DNA from: Candidatus Moraniibacteriota bacterium
Lineage (GTDB): Bacteria; Patescibacteriota; Minisyncoccia; Moranbacterales; UBA1568
Length of the DNA stretch: 64,000 nucleotides
Direction: 5' to 3'
Assembly: GCA_028688415.1 (NCBI GenBank)
Contig: JAQTYF010000001.1
Location: forward strand, 272,627-336,626
Shown: positions 1-8,662 of the stretch, in pieces
Layout: every line of letters starts with the position of its first letter
How positions within the stretch are numbered: the first letter of the stretch is position 1
The notes under the pieces: generated by a model
Database searches by the model: none
Told to the model about the DNA's origin: nothing
What the model saw: only the letters and a program-made list of their open reading frames with translations
Program-made: the position numbers and the translations under genes

Positions 1-455
1 TGACTATCTGAAACCCAGAGGCCGTAGAAGTACCAAGTAACAGCATTGCCAATATGGTTGGCGAGTATTTTGTACCAGGGCATTCCTTGGGGATTCCGGA
101 GTCGTGTACCGAGGACGACGTCACAATGTTTTTTCTGTAGAGGTTCTATAAGTCTGGCAATATCATTTGGATTGTGCTGACCATCACCATCGAGCGTGAC
201 AATAATATCAGCATTGAGAAGTTTCGCTCCTTCAATGCCGGTTTTAGTCGCGGCACCCTTGCCACGATTGATGAGGTGTTTCAGTACTATGACATCAGTG
301 ATAGTCCGAGCCCTCTCGTAGGTATCGTCAGTACTCCCATCATCGACGACAATAATGTTGTTATAGCCAGCGGACTGTATTTCACGGATGACGTCGCAGA
401 TCACGGTGGCTTCATTGTAGGCCGGAATGACGATGAAGATGGAAGGGGTAGACAT
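1..455 (-). CDS. GT2 family glycosyltransferase (DPM1/GtrB-like), 5' part only; gene runs off window start
   Basis: Minus-strand translation from ATG at 455-453 reads MSTPSIFIVIPAYNEA...VVDDGSTDDT...DGDGQH, the classic GT2 signature. Not in the ORF track because no stop occurs inside the window. The + ORF 174-506 is antisense to it. Confidence 0.8.
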   Translation of the reverse strand, partial: MSTPSIFIVIPAYNEATVICDVIREIQSAGYNNIIVVDDGSTDDTYERARTITDVIVLKHLINRGKGAATKTGIEGAKLLNADIIVTLDGDGQHNPNDIARLIEPLQKKHCDVVLGTRLRNPQGMPWYKILANHIGNAVTWYFYGLWVSDS

Positions 456-535
456 AATGCACAAAGTAAGGAATTCTGGGAAAATTATATATTCAGTATA
501 ACATAAAATCGGATATGTACCGGTTTTTGTTTGAT

Positions 536-1567
536 TTATTGATTTTTCTGTGTAATTTTTTTCATATTTTTTTCCCAATTCCAGGCGTCACGGAGAGCAT
601 CTGCGAGAGAAAGTTTTGATTGCCAACCGATGTCGTCTCGGATGCTCGTCGGATCAGCATAGCAGGTCATGATATCGCCCGGACGGCGTGCTCCGATGAC
701 GTAGGGGACTTTGGTTCCATTGACCTCCTCAAATGTTGCTATGAGCTGTTTCACACTCACTCCGATGCCCGTACCGACGTTGTAGGCACGATAGGTGAGG
801 TTTTCATGTGTAGCGAGGTATTCGAGCGTTCTAATATGCGCCTGCGCCAGATCGACGACGTGGATATAGTCACGGATGCAGGTGCCGTCAGACGTCGGAT
901 AATCATCGCCGAAGATGGTGAGATGCTCTCTCTTGCCGATAGCCGTCTGGGTGACGTAGGGGACGAGGTTGTTTGGAATACCGAGAGGGAGTTCGCCGAT
1001 GAGTCCTGATGGATGCGCTCCGATGGGATTGAAATAACGGAGGGCGATGATATGTATATCGCCATGGAGAGATGTCTCTGTATCTCGCAAAATATCTTCG
1101 CAGATGCGTTTGGTGTTGCCATACGGAGAGAGAGCTGTCTTGCGTTCTGCTGTTTCTCGGATAGGGACGCTGTCTGGTTCGCCATAGACAGTAGCTGATG
1201 ATGAAAAAACGAAAAACTTCGTCCCATATTGTTTTGCACACTTGAGAATGGTAATGAGAGAATCGATATTGTTTCGATAATAACGGAGAGGATTGGCCAC
1301 TGATTCGCCGACGGATTTCAGGCCTGCGAAATGGATGATGCCGTCAATGATGTTTTCTTCGAAGATGTTTTGTACAAATTCCTCATCACAACAATCACCT
1401 TCGTAGAGGTGAGGGCGAACAGAGGTGATCTGCTCTATGCCATCGAGTGATGATCGATCAGAATTAGAAAAATTGTCGAGAATGATGGCAGCATGACCTG
1501 CCGAGATGAGCTCGACGACAGTGTGTGATCCGATATATCCAGCACCACCTGTTACGAGAATGTTCAT
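536..1567 (-). CDS. galE: UDP-glucose 4-epimerase
   Basis: Begins MNILVTGGAGYIGSH and is full-length at 343 aa. It has the NAD Rossmann motif, a YxxxK region and a GalE-like C-terminus. Confidence 0.93.
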   Translation of the reverse strand: MNILVTGGAGYIGSHTVVELISAGHAAIILDNFSNSDRSSLDGIEQITSVRPHLYEGDCCDEEFVQNIFEENIIDGIIHFAGLKSVGESVANPLRYYRNNIDSLITILKCAKQYGTKFFVFSSSATVYGEPDSVPIRETAERKTALSPYGNTKRICEDILRDTETSLHGDIHIIALRYFNPIGAHPSGLIGELPLGIPNNLVPYVTQTAIGKREHLTIFGDDYPTSDGTCIRDYIHVVDLAQAHIRTLEYLATHENLTYRAYNVGTGIGVSVKQLIATFEEVNGTKVPYVIGARRPGDIMTCYADPTSIRDDIGWQSKLSLADALRDAWNWEKNMKKITQKNQ

Positions 1568-1706
1568 AGTTTTTTTTCAAAATAAAACCCTTGACGCTAG
1601 TATATCAAGAAACGGAGAAGAGTGAAAATATGTCTTTGAGATTGCCTAAATGCTGTTTTTTCGCTATTATTGAAAAGTATTATTTAACTGTTTTACCTAC
1701 ACTGGT

Positions 1707-2684
1707 ATGCAAGAAAATCAGCCGTATTTGTCAGTAGTCGTCCCACTCTATAATGAAGAGGGGAATGTCGCAGAACTGCATCAGAAGATCGTCGAGTCGG
1801 TGCAGAAGATCGGCAAGCCCGCCCGCAACGATTCGCGTAGCGATTCGGGCAGGCCATTTGAAATCATTTTCATCGATGATGGGTCCAAGGACAAGACCGT
1901 GGAAATTGCGAGGAGTCTCTCTCCGCTCAAGCTCATTGTGTTTCGCAAGAACTTCGGTCAGACCGCCGCATTTGACGCGGGATTCAAATCTGCTACAGGA
2001 GAAGTGATCATCACCCTTGATGGCGATCTGCAGAATGACCCGGCCGATATCCCACTCCTGCTCGAAAAAATCAATGAAGGCTATGATGTTGTTTCTGGAT
2101 GGCGTTTCAAGCGTCAGGATCCGTGGAGCAAGAAAATTCCTTCTCGTATTGCCAATCTCCTTCGCAAGATTCTCATCCAAGATACAATTCATGATTCTGG
2201 TTGCAGTCTGAAAGCCTATCGTCGTGAATGTTTCCAGAATGTTGATCTTTTCGGTGAAATGCATCGGTTCATCCCGGCTATTCTCGAGATGGACGGTTTC
2301 CGTGTGGCAGAGGTGAAAGTTTCTCATCATCCTCGTCTCCATGGAGTGACCAAATACAATTGGAAGCGTGGTATGAAAGGCTTCGTCGATATGATGTCGA
2401 TCTGGTTCTGGCGGAAGTATTCGTATCGTCCACTCCATCTGTTTGGTGGTGGTGGAGTAATACTCTTTACGACGGGTGTCGGTATCTTGTTTTGGATGCT
2501 CGTTGAGAAACTCGTTTTTCATGCTTCACTCGCAGAGCGTCTCTGGCCTCTCGTAGGCATCTTTTTCGTGCTCATTGGTGTACAACTTTTCATCTCTGGA
2601 CTACTCGCTGATATGGTAGTGCGAAACTACTATCAGGGTCGCAATCGAATGAACTATACCGTACGAGAAGTGCGGGAGCAGTGA
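1707..2684 (+). CDS. GT2 polyprenol-phosphate glycosyltransferase (GtrB/ArnC-like) with C-terminal TM helices
   Basis: Carries VVPLYNEE...IFIDDGSKD...LDGDLQ and two C-terminal hydrophobic helices, the typical GtrB/ArnC/DPM1 architecture. Confidence 0.85.
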   Translation: MQENQPYLSVVVPLYNEEGNVAELHQKIVESVQKIGKPARNDSRSDSGRPFEIIFIDDGSKDKTVEIARSLSPLKLIVFRKNFGQTAAFDAGFKSATGEVIITLDGDLQNDPADIPLLLEKINEGYDVVSGWRFKRQDPWSKKIPSRIANLLRKILIQDTIHDSGCSLKAYRRECFQNVDLFGEMHRFIPAILEMDGFRVAEVKVSHHPRLHGVTKYNWKRGMKGFVDMMSIWFWRKYSYRPLHLFGGGGVILFTTGVGILFWMLVEKLVFHASLAERLWPLVGIFFVLIGVQLFISGLLADMVVRNYYQGRNRMNYTVREVREQ

Positions 2685-2799
2685 AGCTGTATACCGTATA
2701 CAGTATCGCGTATACTGTATAGAAGAAGACGAAGAATGTTAATAATTAAGCCGTGAATCTGATGTGTCATATGTCATACAGAATACGGTATACAATCCT

Positions 2800-4110
2800 A
2801 TGAAAGTTACTTTTCTCGGTACTGGATATGTCGGACTCGTCTCGGGTGCTTGTCTCGCAGAGAGTGGACACGAAGTCATCTGTGCAGATATTGATAAGAA
2901 GAAGATAGCTATCTTGAAAAAGGGTGGTATCCCTATCTATGAAATCGGTCTCGAAGAAATCGTGAAGCGTAATGTTGAAGAAGGTCGCCTCTCGTTCACT
3001 TCCGATTTGAAGAAAGCCATCCAAGAATCCGAAGTGGTTTTCATGGCTGTTGGTACTCCAGAAGACAAAGTGACGGGTCAAGCAGATCTGCAGTACGTGT
3101 TTGCTGTTGCAGAGACCTTCGGAAAACATCTTAATGGATTCAAACTTTTTGTTGACAAATCGACTGTACCAGTCGGAACGGCCGAAAAAGTAGAGGCGAT
3201 TATCAAGAAGGCTTCGAATGGAGCGCATCCATTCGAAGTGGTATCAAATCCTGAATTTCTCCGTGAAGGAGCTGCTGTGAAAGATTTCCTCAATCCTGAT
3301 CGTGTCGTCGTCGGAACGAAGTCCGAGAAAGCTCGCAAGATGATGGAGCAGATTTATCGCCCTATCGCTCGCAATGGTCGCCCAGTGCTTTTCACTGATG
3401 TACGCAGTGCAGAAATCATCAAATACGCTGCCAACGCATTTCTCGCAATGAAGATTACCTTCATCAATGAAGTAGCAAACTTCTGTGACGTCTCTGGTGG
3501 TAATGTGAAAGAAGTCGCCAAAGGACTCGGTTATGATTCTCGTATTGGAGAACGATTTCTCTATGCTGGTATCGGTTATGGTGGATCGTGTTTTCCGAAA
3601 GATGTGAAGGCATTTCTCGAAACAGGACGTGAATACAATTCACCATTTCAGATTATCGAAACCGTAAACGATGTGAATGTTTCTCAACGTATCAAGCCAT
3701 TCGTCAAACTCCAAGAAGTTTTCGGAAAGAAACTGAAAGATAAAACAATCGCTGTCTGGGGACTCGCTTTCAAACCGCGCACCGATGATATCCGTGAAGC
3801 TCCTGGTATCGAAAATATCAAACTGTTTCTCGAAGCAGGATGCAAAGTACGGACATTCGATCCTGTCGCAATGCCCAATACCAAGAAGGTACTCGCGCAC
3901 AAGAATCTCACCTATACTAAGAAAGCGCTTGATGCATTGAAGGGTGTCGATGCACTCGTGATCGCTACCGAATGGGATGAATTCCGTGTAGTGGATTACA
4001 AGAATATGAAGAAATTGATGAAGGGCAATATCATCTATGATGGACGCAATGTCCTCGAACGATCCGAAGCCGAAGCTGCCGGATTCACGTATTTTGGTAT
4101 TGGAGTTTAG
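2800..4110 (+). CDS. ugd: UDP-glucose 6-dehydrogenase
   Basis: Carries MKVTFLGTGYVGLVSGACLAESGHEV and GGSCFPKDV (catalytic Cys). The ORF opens at GTG 2764, but the canonical N-terminus starts at ATG 2800. Confidence 0.93.
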   Translation: MKVTFLGTGYVGLVSGACLAESGHEVICADIDKKKIAILKKGGIPIYEIGLEEIVKRNVEEGRLSFTSDLKKAIQESEVVFMAVGTPEDKVTGQADLQYVFAVAETFGKHLNGFKLFVDKSTVPVGTAEKVEAIIKKASNGAHPFEVVSNPEFLREGAAVKDFLNPDRVVVGTKSEKARKMMEQIYRPIARNGRPVLFTDVRSAEIIKYAANAFLAMKITFINEVANFCDVSGGNVKEVAKGLGYDSRIGERFLYAGIGYGGSCFPKDVKAFLETGREYNSPFQIIETVNDVNVSQRIKPFVKLQEVFGKKLKDKTIAVWGLAFKPRTDDIREAPGIENIKLFLEAGCKVRTFDPVAMPNTKKVLAHKNLTYTKKALDALKGVDALVIATEWDEFRVVDYKNMKKLMKGNIIYDGRNVLERSEAEAAGFTYFGIGV

Positions 4111-4202
4111 GAAGTCTTGTATAGCGTATTGTGTATACTGTATACCGTATGGAAGAGGGGAAGGGAACAAGTATCACGTATAAAAAAGAAGTCATATTGC
4201 GT

Positions 4203-4586
4203 ATGGAGACGGAGAAAATAAAATCGTTTACTGATTTGAATGCATGGAAAGAAGGGCATAAGCTAGTCCTCTCGGTTTATTCTCTAACGAAGAAATTTCC
4301 TAAAGAAGAAATTTTTGCTCTTTCGAATCAGATGCGACGGTGTGTTGTCTCAATTACTTCAAATATCGCAGAGGGTTTTAGTCGGCAGAGTGCGAAAGAA
4401 AAAGTTCAGTTTTACTGTATAGCACAAGGTTCTGTAACAGAGCTTCAGAACCAACTTCTCATTTCTCGAGATGTTGGATTTATCTCACAAGAAGAATTTT
4501 CTCGTTCGGCAAATATTTCCGTAGATGTACACAAGCTTATTTCCGGATTGATGCGAAGTGCACAGAACCGTGTTCGCAATACATGA
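4203..4586 (+). CDS. four-helix-bundle protein (23S rRNA intervening-sequence protein family, TIGR02436-like)
   Basis: The segment METEKIKSFTDLNAWKEGHKLVLSVYSL...IAEGFSR...QFYCIAQGSVTELQNQL matches the conserved FxDLxVWQ...IAEG...GS..E pattern of IVS four-helix-bundle proteins. The ORF could start at GTG 4131. Confidence 0.7.
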   Translation: METEKIKSFTDLNAWKEGHKLVLSVYSLTKKFPKEEIFALSNQMRRCVVSITSNIAEGFSRQSAKEKVQFYCIAQGSVTELQNQLLISRDVGFISQEEFSRSANISVDVHKLISGLMRSAQNRVRNT

Positions 4587-4616
4587 TACGGTATACATAA
4601 TACAAAATACAGCCCT

Positions 4617-5774
4617 ATGAAAATATTGTTTCTCAATTATGAATATCCTCCACTCGGAGGTGGAGCGGGCAATGCGACAGCGTATCTCTTCAAGGAATAT
4701 GCTGGTATTCCAGACCTCGAGGTACATCTCGTGACCTCGTCTGCAGATGAGACTCTGCATCATATCTCTGTCGGAAAAAATATCACTGTGCATGCCATAC
4801 CGATCGGTAAGAATGGCAAAAACATTCATCATCAATCAGAAAAAGATCTCCTCACATACGCGTGGAAAGGATATCGTTTCGCAGACACCCTCCTCGCAGA
4901 GGGTCATTTTGACGCTATTCATGCGTTTTTCACCGTACCATGTGGCTATATGGCGATGAAACTTTCGAAGAAGCATGGTGTTCCGTATATCGTGTCGCTT
5001 CGCGGGGCCGATGTGCCGGGATACAGTGAGCGTTTTACACTGCTCTATTCGCTTCTACGGCCACTGACGCGTACCATATGGGCTCGAGCCTCAAACGTCG
5101 TATCGAACAGCTCCGGACTCCGTACACTGGCTCTGGAAACGAATTCTTTCCAAGAAATATCTATCATCCCCAATGGTATCAATATCGCAGAGTTCAAGCC
5201 TGATACAGAAAAAGAAATTGATGGTTACGTGAGAATACTCTGTGTCTCGCGTCTCACTCCACGCAAGGGTATCAACTATCTCATCGAGGCGATGCAGATA
5301 CTTCTCACAGAGGATAATGAAAGAAAAATCGAACTCTGGATTGCAGGGGAAGGTGATGCGACCGAATTACTCAAACAACAGGCGAAAGAATTGCGCATCG
5401 AAAAGAATGTGAAGTTTTTCGGTCTTGTGAAACATGATGATTTGGCAAGATATTACAAAATGGCTGATATATTCTGCCTGCCATCGCTCAATGAAGGGAT
5501 GAGTAATACGATGCTCGAAGCCCTCGCCTCAGGGATGCCTATTGTCGCGACAGTGACAGGGGGAACAGAAGAATTGGTCGGAGACGGAGAGAATGGGTTT
5601 TATGTGGAACAAAAATCCTCGAAAGATTTGGCAGAAAAATTGGAAAAGCTCATAGGAAATGATGATATGCGAAAACGATTTGGTACGGCGAGCCGGGTGC
5701 GTGCCGAGCAGATGAGTTGGCAAAACGTCGCACAGGCATATTACGAGATGTATCAGAAAGCGAGAAAGGAATAA
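4617..5774 (+). CDS. GT4 (group 1) glycosyltransferase
   Basis: Has the MKILFLNYEYPPLGGGAGNA N-terminus and a C-terminal E-x7-E-like GT4 core (LPSLNEGMSNTMLEALASGMPIV). Confidence 0.88.
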   Translation: MKILFLNYEYPPLGGGAGNATAYLFKEYAGIPDLEVHLVTSSADETLHHISVGKNITVHAIPIGKNGKNIHHQSEKDLLTYAWKGYRFADTLLAEGHFDAIHAFFTVPCGYMAMKLSKKHGVPYIVSLRGADVPGYSERFTLLYSLLRPLTRTIWARASNVVSNSSGLRTLALETNSFQEISIIPNGINIAEFKPDTEKEIDGYVRILCVSRLTPRKGINYLIEAMQILLTEDNERKIELWIAGEGDATELLKQQAKELRIEKNVKFFGLVKHDDLARYYKMADIFCLPSLNEGMSNTMLEALASGMPIVATVTGGTEELVGDGENGFYVEQKSSKDLAEKLEKLIGNDDMRKRFGTASRVRAEQMSWQNVAQAYYEMYQKARKE

Positions 5775-5879
5775 AAAGTATTGTGTATCACGCATACTGC
5801 ATCGTGTATTTTGGAAAAACTTTGGAAAATTTAAAAGCCGGGGAACGTAGTTATCGTTCACCGGCTTTCGTTTAGGCGG

Positions 5880-6779
5880 TCAGTCTTCGTGACGATGCGC
5901 GAAGAACTCATCTAGGAGCTCGTTGTAGGAGATTTCCGGATAATGGAGCTTTACAAGATGCTCCATCATCATTGGTTGCCGGATAATCTTCTTCTGAAGT
6001 AACCGAGCCCGTTCTGTATTTGGGGCGAAATTGACGTCCCAGAGGAAAGGGTCGGCTCGTCCGACCATACCCCAGCGTGGCATCCGCTGTGTCTTCTTCG
6101 AGAAGCGGAGTGCCAGATCGAAGTCATCCATACCTGCCAGAGCCACTTGTCCTACAGCAGGCAATTCGATAGTTCTGTTATCGTTGCCATCGCAATTTTC
6201 CGGAGAGAATCCCTCCATTTTTTGCAATACTTCTATGGGATAGAGGCAGGCTGTATTCTGAGCGAGAGCCCATTGATACAGACGCCAATACCCCTGACGA
6301 TACGCCCCGACGAAATCGAGTCCGTGTCGCTCCATATGAGCGAACATCCGTGCCAGAATACCGCTGGTCATTTCCAGTTCCGGGTTCCATGACAGAATGT
6401 GTGAAACGTTATTCGTCTCTATGGCAGACCGCCAACCGGTATTGAGCGCGTGCGCACTGCCGGCATTGTTACCCCATTCCTTGTCAACCACGACACGGAG
6501 GAATCCGTTTGTCATCTCGTTGGGGAAAGCCACGAAAAGCGCACGCTTGGTTGGTGTGCAACCGAACTCATCGGTTGCTTCGCCGAGACCGAATCGCAGA
6601 TCGGCATTGGAAACAATAATGATCTGTTTCACTTCCGATCCAATGCTTCGCATGAAGCGACGTAGTGGGGCGGCGAGACGTTTCTCGAAATCTTCCTGAT
6701 TGAAAGACTTGGTGACGCCTGCGCCGATTTGGAACCAACGGCAGATGACTGCCACGTTAGGTTGATAAAAAGAAACCAT
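5880..6779 (-). CDS. hypothetical protein, possible divergent GT-A-fold glycosyltransferase; GC-richer than neighbours
   Basis: A 299-aa ORF with a GGAG RBS. The stretch GNNAGSAHALNTG weakly resembles the GT2 NxGxxxAxNxG block and there is a DDFD acidic motif. Its codon composition differs from the flanking AT-rich genes. Confidence 0.4.
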   Translation of the reverse strand: MVSFYQPNVAVICRWFQIGAGVTKSFNQEDFEKRLAAPLRRFMRSIGSEVKQIIIVSNADLRFGLGEATDEFGCTPTKRALFVAFPNEMTNGFLRVVVDKEWGNNAGSAHALNTGWRSAIETNNVSHILSWNPELEMTSGILARMFAHMERHGLDFVGAYRQGYWRLYQWALAQNTACLYPIEVLQKMEGFSPENCDGNDNRTIELPAVGQVALAGMDDFDLALRFSKKTQRMPRWGMVGRADPFLWDVNFAPNTERARLLQKKIIRQPMMMEHLVKLHYPEISYNELLDEFFAHRHED

Positions 6780-6969
6780 TTTTCTTCTCCTTTGCCATTT
6801 AATTGTTAACCTCCGTAGATATCTACGAAGTCACTTGTGTTACGTTCTGTATCGCAACAGCACATGATAGCACATTTTTTGCATTTTGTCAATGATAAAA
6901 TGGCTTAGAGAGAGGAGGAAAGGATGATTTGTGCTATAATAAAGCAGAAATATCGTAATGTGAGTATTC

Positions 6970-7896
6970 ATGAAAAAAAGACTTTTGTTTGTGCTGAAAA
7001 TAGTAGTGACGGTTGGGCTGATATTCTGGCTTATTGAGCGTGTCGACTGGACGAGCGTGCTCGTGAAACTCCGAGAAGTCTCAGTACCTCTTCTTTTGCT
7101 TTATGTCATATTTCAATTGTCAGGGAATCTCATTTCTGCAAAAAAATGGCAGGTGATCGCTCGCTTCAAGGGGCTAACGCTCTCTCTCAAAGAATCGTTC
7201 TTCACCTATATGACAGGGACGTTTATCAATAATTTTTTGCCATCGACAATTGGTGGGGATACCTATCGAGCGTTGTGGCTTGCAGAAAAATCTGGTGCGA
7301 AAGCCGCTTCTGTTTCTACGGTGATATTTGATCGATTCATCGGTCTTTGGACGATAGCGCTCCTCGCACTCCTCTCGAGTCCAGTACTCTTGCCTTTTGC
7401 TTCCGAGAGTCCGTCGCTTGTCATCACTTATATCGCTCTTGTTGTTTTCTTTGCTGTCGATATTCTCATCACGTATATTTATTGCAAAGAGTGGTTCCAC
7501 CTATTCGTGGAGCGTCTGCCATTTTTCAAAGTGCGTCGGTTTCTTCAGGAGATTATTTTCTATACCAAAAAACATATTTGGCTTCGTACGAGTCTCTGGT
7601 CGACACTCTTCATTTTTGTTGGACTCGTACTCTCAAACTTCACACTGTTTCATGCACTCGGGAGTGATGTCAACATCCTTCCTTTCGCAAGCGCGATGTT
7701 CCTCGTCGCTATCGTTGCATCCGTGCCACTCTCGATCAATAATATCGGTATCAAAGAATGGGCGTATATCACATTCTTTGGTCTCATCGGAGTGAGTATC
7801 GAAACAGCTGTGACGGTCGCTCTCCTCTCACGTTTCATCCAGATGATCCTCTCGTTTATCGCACTGCCACACTACCTCGCCAATCGTGAGAAGTAA
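6970..7896 (+). CDS. flippase-like membrane protein (UPF0104 / lysylphosphatidylglycerol-synthase TM-region family, AglD2/YbhN-like)
   Basis: Begins MKKRLLFVLKIVVTVGLIFWL and contains NNFLPSTIGGDTYRALWL, the signature of the family. About 8 TM helices, and an extended -10 (TGcTATAAT) lies about 35 nt upstream. Confidence 0.75.
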   Translation: MKKRLLFVLKIVVTVGLIFWLIERVDWTSVLVKLREVSVPLLLLYVIFQLSGNLISAKKWQVIARFKGLTLSLKESFFTYMTGTFINNFLPSTIGGDTYRALWLAEKSGAKAASVSTVIFDRFIGLWTIALLALLSSPVLLPFASESPSLVITYIALVVFFAVDILITYIYCKEWFHLFVERLPFFKVRRFLQEIIFYTKKHIWLRTSLWSTLFIFVGLVLSNFTLFHALGSDVNILPFASAMFLVAIVASVPLSINNIGIKEWAYITFFGLIGVSIETAVTVALLSRFIQMILSFIALPHYLANREK

Positions 7897-7919
7897 GAAT
7901 TTTGTTTATAAAAAAAGTA

Positions 7920-7949
7920 ATCATAATTTCACGGTCGTGAAATTATGAT
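7920..7949. repeat. perfect 14-bp inverted repeat (atcataatttcacg-gt-cgtgaaattatgat)
   Basis: Read directly from the sequence. It lies in a convergent intergenic region. Confidence 0.8.
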
Positions 7950-7987
7950 ATAATCTGAATTCGAGAAAAAAAAGGCGTAGTGAAGAT

Positions 7988-8016
7988 TTGGAAGCCGAAC
8001 TTCCAAATTTTTTTCT
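7988..8016 (+). terminator. rho-independent terminator (ttggaag-ccgaa-cttccaa + T-run)
   Basis: 7-bp stem followed by ATTTTTTTTC. Downstream of the + strand flippase-like gene. Confidence 0.6.
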
Positions 8017-8054
8017 AGATTCCCGTCTTCACGGGAATGATAAAAAATCTCTCT

Positions 8055-8108
8055 AAAAAATGAAAAGCCCGAGGAATCCTGGATAGGTTTCTTCGGGCTG
8101 ATTTTTGC
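8055..8108. terminator. bidirectional rho-independent terminator (gcccgagg…cttcgggc flanked by A-run and T-run)
   Basis: 8-bp stem with one G-U wobble, T-run on + and A-run upstream. It serves the minus gene ending at 8129. Confidence 0.65.
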
Positions 8109-8128
8109 ACCCCTCATGGAAGAGAGGC

Positions 8129-8590
8129 TTATGCGGTGTGGAGATTCACCATGTACTCATTGTTCTGATAGGCGAATACGTAGTTGTCCTCGACGATTTC
8201 CCGACGAGCACCGATATCTGCCAGTTCCTGAAAAAGAAACATGAGTATCGTGTCGTCTTCACCATCGTAAATGCGACCGACGATTTTCCCCAATGCCTTG
8301 ATAAGGCGATTGGCGAAGGAAAGTAAAAACGTCGGCTGGTGGTGGCCATAGGCCGTATCGTCCGACAGAGGAAAACTCACCAATCGACATCCGTTGCTGT
8401 TTTTGACAGCGCGGACTGTTGTCCGGATGACCAGGTGAACGGCTTCGTCCACCTCAGCACGAAAATCGTCAGGGTGACGAGCTCGCATTTCAGTTCGTGT
8501 GACTTTTCCGTTTCGGAGCTGAATCTCCGCCAACAGTTTTAGTAATTCATCGCTGGGAAATTTTCCAGCACGCGTAACTCGTTGTGTCAT
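8129..8590 (-). CDS. hypothetical protein (GC-richer, no recognisable motif)
   Basis: A 153-aa ORF followed by a bidirectional terminator. Its composition is unlike the neighbouring AT-rich GT-C gene. Confidence 0.4.
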   Translation of the reverse strand: MTQRVTRAGKFPSDELLKLLAEIQLRNGKVTRTEMRARHPDDFRAEVDEAVHLVIRTTVRAVKNSNGCRLVSFPLSDDTAYGHHQPTFLLSFANRLIKALGKIVGRIYDGEDDTILMFLFQELADIGARREIVEDNYVFAYQNNEYMVNLHTA

Positions 8591-8662
8591 TTGCCACTCC
8601 TTGGGTTTGGGTTGTTAAGGAAACGTTCTACTTACTAACAAAAAAATATATCACAAATGGTG

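Noticed and set aside
174-506. 110-aa + strand ORF at the window start
   Set aside because: It is antisense to a well-supported GT2 glycosyltransferase reading frame on the minus strand (VVDDGSTDD…DGDGQH). It has no motif support.
620-1241. Several ORFs (620-1009 +, 757-1239 -, 903-1241 -) overlapping galE
   Set aside because: They are alternative-frame or antisense ORFs within a strongly supported galE gene. They are low-complexity or Arg/Ser-rich products typical of spurious frames.
2687-2703. ctgtataccgtatacag as a LexA/SOS box (CTGT-N8-ACAG)
   Set aside because: The spacer is 9 nt, not 8. The motif recurs in permuted forms after several glycan genes with no DNA-repair genes nearby. This is more consistent with a local repeat or promoter family.
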